A DNA stretch of 64,000 nucleotides from an uncultured Nitrososphaerales archaeon (GCA_963713605.1 CAVQMO010000010.1:256001-320000), one strand, 5' to 3'; positions 33,189 to 45,498 are shown, numbered from the stretch's first letter. Translations and numbers: made by a program. Notes: generated by a model from the sequence alone, not told the origin.

Positions 33189-33551
33189 GTGATTGACCTT
33201 CATGAAAAATATGATATAGATGAAGGTGCTAGCTTTCCCAATGTTGAAAGACAATATGGAAAGATATTAAGACTTACAATCGGGGTACCGAAAACGGATC
33301 AGATGCAAGGTACGTACTGGTTCACTGATGATAGTCTTGCAAAACTCTTGAAATATAGGCCTTCGATAAAAGATATGAAGTTGATTCTGGAGCCGATACG
33401 TTGGCAGACCAAGACTGAGACTTTGGATTTGGGTAACAGCATAGAGCGCTATAGATACCGCAGTACCCTTCAAAAACGACTGATCGAATATTTCTTAGTG
33501 AAATATAGTCTGAAGAATTGCAAGAACAATTGTAGCACTGGTACAACTTAA
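33189..33551 (+). CDS. Hypothetical protein or remnant
   Basis: 120-aa ORF, no recognisable motif; in-frame ATG further upstream is separated by a TAG. Confidence 0.35.
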   Translation: MIDLHEKYDIDEGASFPNVERQYGKILRLTIGVPKTDQMQGTYWFTDDSLAKLLKYRPSIKDMKLILEPIRWQTKTETLDLGNSIERYRYRSTLQKRLIEYFLVKYSLKNCKNNCSTGTT

Positions 33552-33868
33552 GCCTGTGAATACCTTATTGTAGTATTAGAAGTGTCAACAGTAGAACTAT
33601 ATATAATAATGATATTGTTCACATAGAAAGGTTTGTTTAGCCTGGGTTCATTAACAGTTATTAGTAGTAGTTCAGACTTTATTCGGGTTACGATAAGAGA
33701 TAAAGGCTTGGATCCAATAAAAGTTGAGTTCCCAAATATGACTCCCGATAGAGGTACAAATGAGATAATGCAAACGGGATACATCATCCATAGGTACATT
33801 TTTCTACCCTTCAATAACCCGTTTGGAGTTTCCTCAATTCATTGTTAAATTTTACAATAGCAATCTTT

Positions 33869-35270
33869 CTAACCTACTGAACCTTCCATTTCGAGCTTTA
33901 CTAACCTATTAAGTTCAACTGCGTACTCCATCGGAAGTTCTTTAGTAAATGGTTCCATAAATCCTCCCACTATCAGAGATAAAGCATCTGATTCAGAAAA
34001 GCCTCTACTCATAAGATAGAAGATTTGATCATCGCCTATCCGACCTACTGTTGCCTCATGAGAGATTGTCGCATCATCTTCATTTACCTCGACGTATGGA
34101 TAAGTATCTGTTCTTGAGTTTTCGTCTAGCAAGAGTGCATCACATCGAACATTTGATTTTACACCTGTAGCGCCTTTTGCTACATGGATCAGACCTCTAT
34201 ACGTGGTTCTTCCTGAGTCTTTACTTACTGATTTGCTGGTAATCCTAGAGGTTGTTTGTGGAGTTAAATGCACTGCCTTCGCACCAGCGTCTTGATGCTG
34301 TCCTGCCCCTGCCAATGCCACTGATATTACCTCAGCGTGAGCGTTACGCCCCATCAAATAGACTCCGGGATACTTCATGGTTAATCTGCTGCCTAGATTT
34401 CCATCCACCCATTCCACAGTTGCATTTTCATATGCATACGCCCTTTTTGTTACTAAATTATATACATCCTTACTCCAGTTTTGGATCGTTGTATACCTTA
34501 TCTTTGCTCCCTTCTTTGCTACAAGTTCAACTACTGCAGAATGGAGTGATTCTGTGGAATATATAGGTGCAGTACAGCCTTCTATATAATGTAACTTCTG
34601 ACCCTTCATCTGCTATTATTAGTGTTCTTTCAAATTGTCCTATATTTTCAGCGTTTATTCTGAAATATGCTTGCAATGGTAGATCAACTTTGACATTTGG
34701 AGGAACATATATGAAAGAGCCTCCAGACCAAACTGCACTATTTAGAGCAGCGAATTTATTATCCTCAGGGGGTATAATCTTTCCAAAGAATCTTTTCATT
34801 AATTCTGGCTGTTCCTTTAGTGCAGTATCTGTATCAATGAATATTACTCCCTGTTTTACCAAATCGTCTCTTAGGTTATGATATACGACCTCTGATTCAT
34901 ACTGAGCTCCCACACCAGCCAAGAATTTTCTCTCTGCGTCTGGAATGCCTAGCTTCTCGAAAGTATTTCTTATTGATTCAGGTACGTCCTCCCAACTTTT
35001 CCCTTGCTTTTCGGATGCTTTGGTATAATAAAAGATATTTTGAAAATCAATCTTAGAGAGATCTCCTCCCCAATTGGGCATTATTTTGTTCATAAAGACG
35101 CTATACGATCTTAACCTAAATTCCTTCATCCAATTCGGTTCGCCCTTTAGCCTACTAATTTCCTCAACGGTTTCTTTAGAAAGTCCTTTCTTGCTTAAAT
35201 AGACATAGTCCTCAGTTGAATCCTTGAAGTCATACTTACTATAATCCATACGTATATCTGTATTCGCCAT
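33869..35270 (-). CDS. sufB: Fe-S cluster assembly scaffold SufB (one +1 frameshift near 34592)
   Basis: [72 protein letters not shown]; span 1402 = 3n+1. Confidence 0.95.
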
Positions 35271-36151
35271 ATTACGATATTATGATCGCTTTATGTATAT
35301 ATAAGCAATAGGTATATACTAACCAACGGTAGTGATGCTTAGGTATCCATACACTTAAGTAGTTCCTTCGACTTCGAGGGTATATCCTATGATCGAAAGG
35401 ATGCTCTGGTGCAATCCTATCATTTCAATCAGTTCGTAAAAGATAGTGTTTATTACTTCCTTTAGGTAAAAGAAGATTGCCAAGATTAAAAGACAAAGCT
35501 ATTGGGGTAGTATGTGAAAGCGCCACTAAGGCAGCGTTATAATCGGTTTGCACGGCAAAACCCAATGACAGAGCATGGTTATCCAATACAAGGTATGTTG
35601 ACAAAAATTAAAACAATCTGCTATACAGCGAGGAATAGATAAGGATAGGTTTCCTTATTCTGTTTCTCAATCTTGTAATGGCATGAATAGCAGTATTGGC
35701 ATATGATACAAAAGTGTTGTGTTCTTTTGTTACAGTCTATACATTGCCCATAAAAATACCGATCATATCCTGTGAGGTATTCATGCATGATCTTTATAGT
35801 ATGACAGTATTAATTAACCTTTATAGAACCATTCTGATATACTTTAACGTGTCTTGGAAAGAAGAGGATAACATTAGCTTTCATACAAGTGTACATTTCT
35901 CTGCTACTTTTCCAACATTTAGTAATGGCAATGCAGAATAGCGCTAGTTTGAACCTTCGTATAGAAGATGATGGACACGCCATCTTCCCATTAAAATCAT
36001 ATTTGTGTCGGTTTCTAGAAGATTTGCACAACAAAGCTAGTCGTCGTTGGTGAGTAATTTCAAAATTATCCTTCAGACAGCTTACACATCTGTTCTGATC
36101 GGTACCAAGTTTGCAAAACTGTATAAGGAGTCACTGTTAAGTTGTATTAGT

Positions 36152-38380
36152 ATGTCCAGCAAAGATACTCGAAGTTTAAATCTCAATTTAAAGATACTTG
36201 AAGCTTATACTAGAGACGTTGGTAGAGGAGTTGCCCGTCTTGATTACGAATCTATGGATTCTCTCGGCGCTTCTACTGGAGATATTATAGAATTAAAAGC
36301 AGGTGAAAAAAGCAGAAGTGGCAGAAGGACTGTAGCCAAGTGCTTGCCTTTGTATCCCTCTGATGAAGGTAAGGGTGTGATCAGAATCGATGGTCTAGTT
36401 AGGAATAATGCTGGTCTGGCCATAGGTGACCCTGTGATCATAAAAAAGATAAGAGCCAGTTTAGCAGAAATGGTTATTGTCGCTCCGCTCGAAGAATTAC
36501 CATCTCTTGACGAAAGGTATCTTGCAGACTCACTTGATAGCGTATCCATGATAAAAGGAGATAACGTTATGGTCCCGTATTTTGGTGGAAGGCTTACCTT
36601 TCAGGTTATAGGGCTTACGCCTGCTACCGGAGACGCAGTCATTGTAGGCCAGAAGACACAGTTCACTATAGCGACTTCTGACCTGGCTCTAGGAAGAGCA
36701 ACTGCGAGTGTTGTTGCTTATGAGGATATCGGTGGCTTAAGGGATGTAATACAAAGGGTGAGGGAAATGATAGAGCTCCCGTTACGCCATCCTGAGATAT
36801 TTGAAAAACTCGGAATAGAAGCGCCCAAAGGAATACTATTGCATGGACCACCAGGTACAGGCAAAACCTTATTGGCTAAGGCAGTAGCTAATGAAAGCAA
36901 CTCGCATTTTATCAGTATATCCGGGCCAGAAATCATGAGCAAATTCTATGGGGAGTCCGAAGCGCGTCTAAGGGAAATATTTAAAGAAGCACGAGAAAAA
37001 GCCCCCTCTATTATATTCATAGATGAAATAGACTCTATCGCACCAAAGAGAGAAGAAGTCATGGGAGAAGTAGAGCGAAGGGTGGTTTCGCAACTGCTTT
37101 CAGTTATGGATGGTTTGGAGAGTCGTGGAAAAGTAATTGTTATAGCAGCAAGCAACAGACCAAACGCAATAGATCCTGCATTGCGTAGACCGGGAAGATT
37201 TGATAGAGAAATCGAGATCAGAGTTCCAGATAAACGTGGCAGACTAGAAGTACTTCAAGTTCATACGAGAAATATGCCACTAAATACCGACATAGACCAA
37301 ATTAAGATCGCCGCTGTTACCCATGGATTTGTAGGTGCAGATCTTGAATACTTGTGTAAAGAAGCAGCTATGAAGTGTTTGAGAAGACTTCTACCTGAAC
37401 TCAACCTGGAGGATGAAAAACTTGCTCCAGAAGTGCTAAATAAGTTAGTAGTTACCATGGCCGATTTTCAGAATGCAATAAGGGAGATTACACCATCTGC
37501 TATGAGAGAAGTCTATATAGAGCCACCTGACGTTAAATGGGATGAAATTGGTGGATTAGACATAGTAAAGCGAGAGTTACAGGAAGCAGTTGAATGGCCT
37601 ATGCACTTTCCGGAAATGTACAAACAATTAGGACATACTGTACCTAAAGGGATATTGTTGTACGGCCCTTCAGGAACGGGTAAGACTATGCTTGCAAAGG
37701 CAGTAGCAACTGAGTCAGAGGCAAATTTTATTAGCGTTAAGGGTCCTGAGCTCATGTCAAAATGGGTAGGAGAATCTGAAAAGGGAATAAGAGATATCTT
37801 TAGAAAGGCAAGACAGGCTTCACCGTGCGTTATATTCTTTGACGAAGTTGATTCTATTGCACCTATCAGGGGGGGAGGAGGCGGAATTGAAGGTCTTGGT
37901 GGCTCTCCAGGTGCAGAAAAAATGATATCGCAACTGCTTACAGAGATGGATGGTATACATGAGATTCACGATGTCGTTGTATTAGCTGCCACTAATAGAA
38001 TAGATATGATCGACACTGCCTTACTGAGACCGGGTCGCTTTGACAAAATCATTTACATACCAAATCCAGATAAAGCTACAAGAGAAAAAATTCTACAAAT
38101 TCACATTAAAGGAAGGCCAATCAGCAACGATATTGATCTAAATAAAATAGTAGAAATGACAGATGGATTCAGCGGAGCTGATGTATCGTCAGTTGTAAAT
38201 ACGGCAGTATCTCTAATTTTGCATGATTACATTCAAAGGTACCCATCTGCTGAAGAAGCACTCAAACACACGTCAGAAGCACTTATTTCTATAAGACATT
38301 TAGAAGAAGCTGTGAAAAAAGTAAGGCGACAAAGAGAAATGAAACCAGAAGAGAAGATGTATATATCACACTATAGATAA
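36152..38380 (+). CDS. cdc48: CDC48/VAT family AAA+ ATPase
   Basis: N-domain [10 protein letters not shown], two AAA modules (GPPGTGKT and [12 protein letters not shown] and DEVD; RPGRFD twice). Confidence 0.97.
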   Translation: MSSKDTRSLNLNLKILEAYTRDVGRGVARLDYESMDSLGASTGDIIELKAGEKSRSGRRTVAKCLPLYPSDEGKGVIRIDGLVRNNAGLAIGDPVIIKKIRASLAEMVIVAPLEELPSLDERYLADSLDSVSMIKGDNVMVPYFGGRLTFQVIGLTPATGDAVIVGQKTQFTIATSDLALGRATASVVAYEDIGGLRDVIQRVREMIELPLRHPEIFEKLGIEAPKGILLHGPPGTGKTLLAKAVANESNSHFISISGPEIMSKFYGESEARLREIFKEAREKAPSIIFIDEIDSIAPKREEVMGEVERRVVSQLLSVMDGLESRGKVIVIAASNRPNAIDPALRRPGRFDREIEIRVPDKRGRLEVLQVHTRNMPLNTDIDQIKIAAVTHGFVGADLEYLCKEAAMKCLRRLLPELNLEDEKLAPEVLNKLVVTMADFQNAIREITPSAMREVYIEPPDVKWDEIGGLDIVKRELQEAVEWPMHFPEMYKQLGHTVPKGILLYGPSGTGKTMLAKAVATESEANFISVKGPELMSKWVGESEKGIRDIFRKARQASPCVIFFDEVDSIAPIRGGGGGIEGLGGSPGAEKMISQLLTEMDGIHEIHDVVVLAATNRIDMIDTALLRPGRFDKIIYIPNPDKATREKILQIHIKGRPISNDIDLNKIVEMTDGFSGADVSSVVNTAVSLILHDYIQRYPSAEEALKHTSEALISIRHLEEAVKKVRRQREMKPEEKMYISHYR

Positions 38381-38633
38381 TGAAATAACTATCTTTTGGA
38401 AATACGATATGACTGTATTTTTAGTAGCGTGTACATATTATTATGGCCAATTTTGAAAATAGATTATGCCATAGCAACTTGTCTCGAAACTGAATTATGT
38501 TTAATCGTTTGGAGCAAGTGAAGCTGTTTCAGTATTAAATGCATAATTTCAGGATTAATATCAAAACTGACTAATGATACTTTCTAGAACCTAACGTTGC
38601 GAAAGGAAAACTCCCCATGAAATAAGAGTAAAA

Positions 38634-38915
38634 TTATCCTCGGCTCAGAAAACGCCTTGACATTTCCCTAGAGATTTCTTCGTGTTTTATCACTTCGCCC
38701 CTTCTGCCTGGAGTTTTCATCTGTTGCTGGTTTACTTGCTTCCTTTCCTCGAGTAATTCATCAACTCCATAATAATTGTTTATACCGCATTGCCTTTTCT
38801 TTCTTAATTCGTGCGTATAGCGATCTCTAAAATCTGTTTCTTCCGTGTCTTTAGTAGATGTGTCTGTTTGGGACAATTGGAAATTAAAAACAACTGTTGC
38901 TTCCTCATTCACCAT
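38634..38915 (-). CDS. Hypothetical charged protein
   Basis: MVNEEATVVFNFQL...RRGEVIKHEEISREMSRRF; ATG 38915 follows an AT-rich box. Confidence 0.65.
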   Translation of the reverse strand: MVNEEATVVFNFQLSQTDTSTKDTEETDFRDRYTHELRKKRQCGINNYYGVDELLEERKQVNQQQMKTPGRRGEVIKHEEISREMSRRFLSRG

Positions 38916-39426
38916 ATGTTTCTGTATAATTATAACATATAAGAATGTATTTGATTCAAAGTGTACCGATAAGCAAGGATGAAATTGTTGGTCGGATGGA
39001 TATAGTAAAAATGGCCATACAACTAAATCCCCTCTACCAACCTGGAAGGTCAGGCCTTTTGAATTGATTGGATGTCTTCTGCAAAAACAGAACAATGACC
39101 AAAGACTTTGTTTCATCTCAGAAAAGTACCTTCTACCGTTCTTCAGTTATTAAATATATTTCAACATATAGACTTAGATCATATGAATTGCTACTGATTC
39201 TTTGCAGCTTGCATTCTTTGGGTTAGTTGATACATACAATCGTGATACTGACAATCGCAAATTCTAGTTAATTTTGATTCATTAAAAATTTCTCCATTGC
39301 ATAAGCCATGTTCATTTTGTATACACTTCGCTGATTTATATCCAATCACCTATAACTTTATATCTATTCTATATATAGATGTGTAATGTGGATATTGTAG
39401 AAATACTCTATAAGCGAGCCAACTGC

Positions 39427-39610
39427 CTAAGTGTATGGATATCAGAGTATAGTTACCATCGATAAGTGTATACTAATTGTTTATATACGCGGTATGCGAT
39501 TATATTATTGTATTATGGAGAATATAGATATACATATGGATTATAGTAAGTATGTCTTCAAGGATTCAACTGAGGACTATGTCTACTTAAGCAAGAAAGG
39601 ACTTTCTAAA
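39427..39610 (+). repeat. Inverted copy of the sufB promoter and first ~35 codons (35175..35360)
   Basis: [32 protein letters not shown] vs [32 protein letters not shown]; shared upstream TAAGTGTATGGATA. Confidence 0.92.
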
Positions 39611-39641
39611 TTCAATCATTTCGTAGAAGGAGGAAGCAATA

Positions 39642-39815
39642 TTGGCAATATTACAAACGTATAATCGTCGAGATGACTTTGATATAGTCGGTTATGGAGA
39701 ATGTCCAGGTTGTAAAACAGAGAATAATCTGGTACAAAGTAAAACGATAGAATGCTCCATGTGTGGAGAGCCATATTTAAGGAATAAATGGAAAGGTGTA
39801 TCTTGGTGTGAATGA
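39642..39815 (+). CDS. 57-aa double-CxxC Zn-ribbon microprotein
   Basis: GGAGG RBS then TTG; MAILQTYNRRDDFDIVGYGECPGCKTENNLVQSKTIECSMCGEPYLRNKWKGVSWCE*. Confidence 0.6.
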   Translation: MAILQTYNRRDDFDIVGYGECPGCKTENNLVQSKTIECSMCGEPYLRNKWKGVSWCE

Positions 39816-39881
39816 GAAAGGGTAACACCTTCTAAGTTAGTTTAGTCGTTAAAAGTGCTATGAGCTGCAGTATCTTCAAGC

Positions 39882-40038
39882 TATAGTGGCAGTGCCTAGT
39901 TTTCTACAGTTTCTAATCAATTTATTTGGAGTTCAGATAACTGCTGGAGACGTAATACAATTTGAGCATGGGAGTCACGGTAAATATTATATGCTTTCTG
40001 CAAGGGGAACGTGGGGAGAAATGATAAAACTAAATTAG
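39882..40038 (+). repeat. Inverted copy of the 3' half of ORF 32071..32364
   Basis: PSFLQFLINLFGVQITAGDVIQFEHGSHGKYYMLSARGTWGEMIKLN*, near-identical DNA. Confidence 0.92.
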
Positions 40039-40185
40039 AAACTAGACTGGGGTTCAAATACACTTGAATATCTAATACGTAAATTATTTTGCTGTTTTAA
40101 TTGGTATACCTTTTGGGATTTTTGATTCAATGAATTAAACATCAAGAAATGTATGTTATGTTCGGTTTCAAATATCACGACCTGA

Positions 40186-40752
40186 CTAGTGTATAATCAA
40201 AACAGGTGTTCGAATATTACTGATTATTTTTCTGGTTTCACTAAATATAGAATGTAGCCAAGAATCAAGATGTGTCGTTGTCATGATAATTAAATCATAA
40301 TCAGTCTCTTGACATGCCTTTACTATCTCATGAACGACATGCCCTGTTCTAATTCCATATGATATCTTATTCTTGCTACCTGCCTCTGTACATTGTTTTA
40401 TTTTTGATTCCATTAAATTTACTAATTCTCCTTTAATATCGAGTTCAAAACCATTTTGATTGTGTGTTGTTTTATTTTGTGATATATCAACCGAAGTCCC
40501 TTCAAACTTTTCTACGTCTTGTATTATACACAGAATGACAATTTCTGCACCAGAGAGATTTGATAAGTATATTGCGTGACTAAGTGCTTTATCTGAAGCT
40601 TCTTTTCCATCATGAGGTACCAAAATTTTAGTATAGGAAGGAATATCTAATTTTGAGGCAGCAGAAGAACTACTAGATTCTGCCGAAAAATCTTCTGTTG
40701 AACTTGCATTTGATGACGAATCTCCTTCTTTAGCATCATCATGTGGACTCAT
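40186..40752 (-). CDS. Universal stress protein (UspA family)
   Basis: YTKILVPHDGKEASDKALSHA...GHVVHEIV...DLIIM...TPVLII. Confidence 0.92.
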   Translation of the reverse strand: MSPHDDAKEGDSSSNASSTEDFSAESSSSSAASKLDIPSYTKILVPHDGKEASDKALSHAIYLSNLSGAEIVILCIIQDVEKFEGTSVDISQNKTTHNQNGFELDIKGELVNLMESKIKQCTEAGSKNKISYGIRTGHVVHEIVKACQETDYDLIIMTTTHLDSWLHSIFSETRKIISNIRTPVLIIH

Positions 40753-41387
40753 GATTTGACTGTATTAATAAAGTATTTATGTTTAATCATAACAGCAGAA
40801 AGAAAGTGGGGTATGGGATCTCCAATCCATTCCGTTACTCAAATTATGTTAATTCCCTTTCTTCGTAACACCAAAGTTTTGCCTGGCATGGCGCTACAAC
40901 TTAATGAGACATTGTATAAATGTAAACATTCTAAAGGTATCCTTTGAAGAGAGCAGTTAGGCGCTCTTATGATGAAAAGCCGAAATCGTTTTTCTTCCTT
41001 CCTTCATTGGCATGGTAGTTAACCATTAATGTATGCAATTTACACTCTACTTACTCGTCATCACGCCAGTATATATTGAGTCCTTCAATTTGTCTCCCTA
41101 ACCTTTTGACGTGATAATTCACTTTAACGTTACAATCATAGGCTGAATAACATCATCTTCACCACAACTTTTACATCCCATTTGTAACCTTCACACAGTT
41201 AGCCATTCCCCTCAAAAACGATTTAAGTATTGAAGAGTGAATTTTATTGCACACTCTCTTCACATTATGACATTTCTTTAGTATACCATCAAGCCTGAAT
41301 TGATAGTTCTGTGCTTCTTGCAAATCTGCACCACAACCCTGAACAAGGAGGTCAATCGGCTCTCGAATACTGCCTCTGAAGCGGGCT

Positions 41388-42695
41388 CTACTCAATGCCG
41401 TAGCTAGGCCCTCTGCTTCTGTAACTAGAATAGTTTTTGGAGTAAGCATTATTTCTGTCTCTGCTATTGTAGCCGTTACTGTAGCCGATATTATTATATC
41501 TTCTATAATTGCTACCACCGTGTCTTTGACGATTATGCACATATTGTTGAATCACAGGGATTTCAATTCCCATCTCTTCATTTAATTTACGAATAGGTTT
41601 TTCTGTCGTCTTAATGATTCTTCCAAAGTCATCAACTCTATCCTGAGAAACCAAAGAGATAGCCTTTCCAGATCCGCCGGCTCTTGCTGTCCTTCCTATC
41701 CGGTGGAAATAGATTAGTGGGTCTGCTGGTATGTCATAGTTTATCACGTGACCTACAGCTGGAACATCAATTCCTCTTGCAGCAATATCAGTGGCCACAA
41801 GAATGTCTTCAAATCCTTTTCTGAATTTGTACATTGCGCTATCCCTTTGTCCCTGAGATAAATCGCCGTGCATTGTAATTGCTTTGAATCCTTCTTGCTT
41901 TAGTTCAGTAGCAAGTCTATGTGTTCTTTGCTTTGTAGCGGCAAAAACTATAGTCTGTCTCTCTTTCTTGTTTCTAATAAAATTACATAGATGCTTGAAT
42001 TTTTCATTTTCGTGAACGACTAGGTAGGATTGGTCAATAGTATCAAGACTCAATTCTTTTTCGTTGAGTCGTATTTCTTTTGGATCAACCATATATTCTT
42101 GTGCAAGTCTCAAAACCTCTCGGGGCATAGTAGCTGAAAATAAACATGTATGCCTGTCTTCTCTCATATAAGATAAAATATACTTGATATCGTCAACAAA
42201 ACCCATGTCAAGCATCCTGTCCGCTTCGTCAAGTACCGCAAACTTTACTTCCTTGAGACTAATTGATCTACGCTTAATATGGTCTATCAATCTGCCGGGT
42301 GTCGCTACCACAATCTGAACACCTTTCCTCAGCTGACTATACTGAATACCAATACTTTGGCCCCCGTAAATGGATACAATTCTGATGCCTGTATACCTTG
42401 CGAACTTTTCAAATTCAGCAGTAACCTGTACTGCTAGCTCCCTCGTTGGGGCGAGTATCACTGCTTGTAATGGACCTCTACGTTTTATTTTGGTTAATAT
42501 TGGCAGCGCAAAAGCCGCCGTCTTTCCAGTACCTGTGTGCGCCTGTCCTATAACATCTATACCTCTTAAAATAAACGGTATTGCTTCCTGTTGGATAGGA
42601 AAAGGAGCTTCAAATCCATTTTCTCTGAGTGCTCTAGTAATTTCAGCACTCAATCCTAACTCTTCAAATTTTGTTGTCAACTTTTTATTTTTCAC
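41388..42695 (-). CDS. DEAD-box RNA helicase with R/N/Y/S-rich tail
   Basis: PFPIQ, GTGKT, PTRELA, TPGR, DEAD, SAT, ARGID, HRIGRTAR. Confidence 0.97.
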   Translation of the reverse strand: MKNKKLTTKFEELGLSAEITRALRENGFEAPFPIQQEAIPFILRGIDVIGQAHTGTGKTAAFALPILTKIKRRGPLQAVILAPTRELAVQVTAEFEKFARYTGIRIVSIYGGQSIGIQYSQLRKGVQIVVATPGRLIDHIKRRSISLKEVKFAVLDEADRMLDMGFVDDIKYILSYMREDRHTCLFSATMPREVLRLAQEYMVDPKEIRLNEKELSLDTIDQSYLVVHENEKFKHLCNFIRNKKERQTIVFAATKQRTHRLATELKQEGFKAITMHGDLSQGQRDSAMYKFRKGFEDILVATDIAARGIDVPAVGHVINYDIPADPLIYFHRIGRTARAGGSGKAISLVSQDRVDDFGRIIKTTEKPIRKLNEEMGIEIPVIQQYVHNRQRHGGSNYRRYNNIGYSNGYNSRDRNNAYSKNYSSYRSRGPSYGIE

Positions 42696-43001
42696 TTTTT
42701 TATATACAAAAGGAACGGAAAATACGTAAAGTAATTTTTATCTACTTGTCGATTGCCGTGATTCTTTTGCTTCAATTAATACGAGAATTACGAAAATATA
42801 ATCTTTTCTCATCTCATCATACCACTTTTGGTAATATAATCAATTAGTGTCAATGAGGGTCATATCACAGTTCCCCACCTAACAATAACGAGAGATGGCC
42901 ACTTACGATCAAGCAAACTGCGGATTTAGCATGGATGTCACAGGAACTGATGTTGTTAGTACGAATTTTATAGAGTTGGGAAAGATGATTTATTAAAGGC
43001 G

Positions 43002-44304
43002 TCAATCTGACTTTGCAAGGACCTCGTAACCTACGAGACTTAACCTTTTTACAATATCAAGCAATAACTTGTACATCCCTTTCCTCATCTAAGTTCAGCC
43101 CAGTATATATCAAAAACCCCCTACCGAACTTGATTGCAGCAACAGGATAAACTCTACCACCCCATAATGATTCAGGACAATGAACTAGAGGTCGAACATT
43201 ATCTGATAATTGTCTTATAGGTCTATAGACTTTAGCTCTAGTTTTTGGTTTGTCGTTGCCTAATATTTTATCAAACTCAATTTCGACTTCAATTGGACCT
43301 ACTATCTCCTTTTCAGGATGATCCCATTCAGTTTCTATTTCAAAGTATCTTTTTAGAACCAAAGCTTCTTGAGGAATGACTAAACTCTCATTCCTAGATA
43401 ATACAGGCATTGCTTCATTGTAATTACTTTCTACGTACCTTGAAATTGGAATAAAATTAATTACCAGATTGTGGCTTCCAATACTCACATCCCAGCTATA
43501 AACAAAAGGCTGACCCCCTGAATTAACAAATATCCCACCATCTCGTATATAGGATAGGATTGTCTTCAGGCCTACTCCCTCTGCACCACCTAGTTCTGGA
43601 TAAGCTTCACCAAAGGGATTTATTATAATAGAAAATCCACCATTACTTAGGTTCGAGATAGATGTTGATGATACCTGAAATAGGTAGGATCCATTACCAT
43701 TTTTAACATCTTTTAGGTCTAGCATCCACTGAAAAGATTTCCGATAATTTGAATGAGGATAATATGAACATGGTTTTTCTTTTCTTGCTTGAACATATCC
43801 TGAAAGAATTCCTATTTTAATTGGAGGATCAAATATCTGACAATAATGAATTTCCCTAAGTTTGTTTATCAACCAACTTACTTTACGCAGGTCTAATTCA
43901 GTATTTTCTCGATTTCGATTGAGTGCAGCCTCCGGAGAAGTTGTTATATTAGTTCTTTTCCCATGATAACCGTATCTTACAAGATCTCGTTTAATCTTTG
44001 GAAACGAGCTTAAAATATTATACGCTTTTATTTTTTCATCATCTGATAATAGATCACTGGATATCTTCGCCATGTCTGCTTCTGATGCTTCATGCTTTGG
44101 GTCAAAATAATTATTCGATAAGATAGTCAATGATTTCCAAAAGAACTCCGAGGAATGGAAAAGACATGCATAGCATGAAGTGTAACTATATACGTTCAAA
44201 TTATATTCTGCATTTCTAAATCCTGAAAAACACTCCTTAGCAAGAAAAATGTAATATTCCTGCTGATCTTTTATTAGGGTATTTAACAACTTCTTAGGAT
44301 TCAT
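43002..44304 (-). CDS. HEPN-like N-terminal domain fused to a class-I glutamine-amidotransferase-like domain (probable +1 frameshift near 43073)
   Basis: YTSCYACLFHSSEFFWKSL...PKH...LVRYG; then KIGIL...IIINPFGEAYPE...ILSYIRDGGIFVNSGGQPF. Helical end YKLLLDIVKRLSLVGYEVLAKSD* lies in the next frame. Confidence 0.6.
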
Positions 44305-44464
44305 AATTTGAAAGACGCTTATTATAGATAAGCAGTCAAACCTATAATGATTACTCAAACGCATATCAGGTAGACCTTAGATGCTCGGCACCAATCACAC
44401 AATCCAAACTGTCCTCGAAAACTGAAAAACAGACTTATTTAATATATTATTTCAACATCATAAC

Positions 44465-44839
44465 ATGTCTAAATTTCTCACTGCTGAAGACTTGCTCAAT
44501 TCACAAGTGGAAGAATTCAACAAAGGAAACGTTAGCTTCCTCATGACGCTGTATGAAAACGATGCATGTTTTGTTTCCAAACCAAGACAAGTTGTTAATC
44601 TGGATAGTATACGCCGGACTCTGCAACATTTCATTGACATGGGGGCTAAATTAGAAGCCAGACTAAAAAGAGTAATTCAGGCAAGCGATCTTGCACTTCT
44701 AATCACGGAATGGTCGATAAATGGAAATGAATCTGATGGTAAATCGATTAATCTTATTGGCAGAGGTACTGTAGTTCTACGTCGACAGTTCAATGGAACT
44801 TTGCTCATGGTTATAGAAAATCCTTTGGGAACAGGCTAA
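44465..44839 (+). CDS. SnoaL/DUF4440 (YybH-like) protein
   Basis: FNKGNV..LMTLYENDA...DLALLITEWS...VVLRRQFNG...IENPLG. Confidence 0.88.
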   Translation: MSKFLTAEDLLNSQVEEFNKGNVSFLMTLYENDACFVSKPRQVVNLDSIRRTLQHFIDMGAKLEARLKRVIQASDLALLITEWSINGNESDGKSINLIGRGTVVLRRQFNGTLLMVIENPLGTG

Positions 44840-44984
44840 TACAAGATAAAAATATGCCCGTAATAAAATCAGGGTACTGAAACATTGGCATAGAACAAAT
44901 CAATCTGCAGAATTTCCTTTCAAGTTCCATAAAAAAGATGAATACAACTCAAGTCTTAAATATAATAATGTGCCATTAACATTA

Positions 44985-45371
44985 ATGAATAAATCGGTAT
45001 TTAACAATAGTAAAGCGTTTAGTGGGTATTCAGTGAATGACTTGCAAAAAGCCAAGGAGTTTTATAGTAAAACTCTTTCATTCGAAATATCTGAAATTAA
45101 TGGATTGTTAAATCTACATATTGGAAATGGTGCAAAAGTACTAATTTATCCTAAATCTAATCACGTTCCGGCGACTTTTACTGTCCTTAATATCCCTGTA
45201 GACAATATTGAGCAGGCTGTGGATGAACTAGCTAAGCGGGGTGTGCATTTTGAAATATATGATGAAGCCGAACTTAAGACGGATGAAAAGGGTATTTTCC
45301 GTGATGGCGGTCCAAATATCGCATGGTTTAAGGACCCGGCAGGTAATATTTTATCCGTTCTTGAAGAGTAG
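44985..45371 (+). CDS. VOC/glyoxalase family protein
   Basis: [17 protein letters not shown]...PATFTVLN...[14 protein letters not shown]. Confidence 0.93.
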   Translation: MNKSVFNNSKAFSGYSVNDLQKAKEFYSKTLSFEISEINGLLNLHIGNGAKVLIYPKSNHVPATFTVLNIPVDNIEQAVDELAKRGVHFEIYDEAELKTDEKGIFRDGGPNIAWFKDPAGNILSVLEE

Positions 45372-45498
45372 TAACTGAGTTTCCAAATGCAATATTATCA
45401 TTAATGCCTAAAGATTTCTCTCCCCCCTTAGCCTTAATCATTGCCGAATAATCCAATTTTATTCTACAGTCATTAGTACCATTTGTTTTGTTGCATAG

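Noticed and set aside
41171..41542. ORF overlapping the DEAD-box helicase 3' end
   Set aside because: Alternative frame of a low-complexity tail; a frameshifted helicase extension is possible but no motif supports it.
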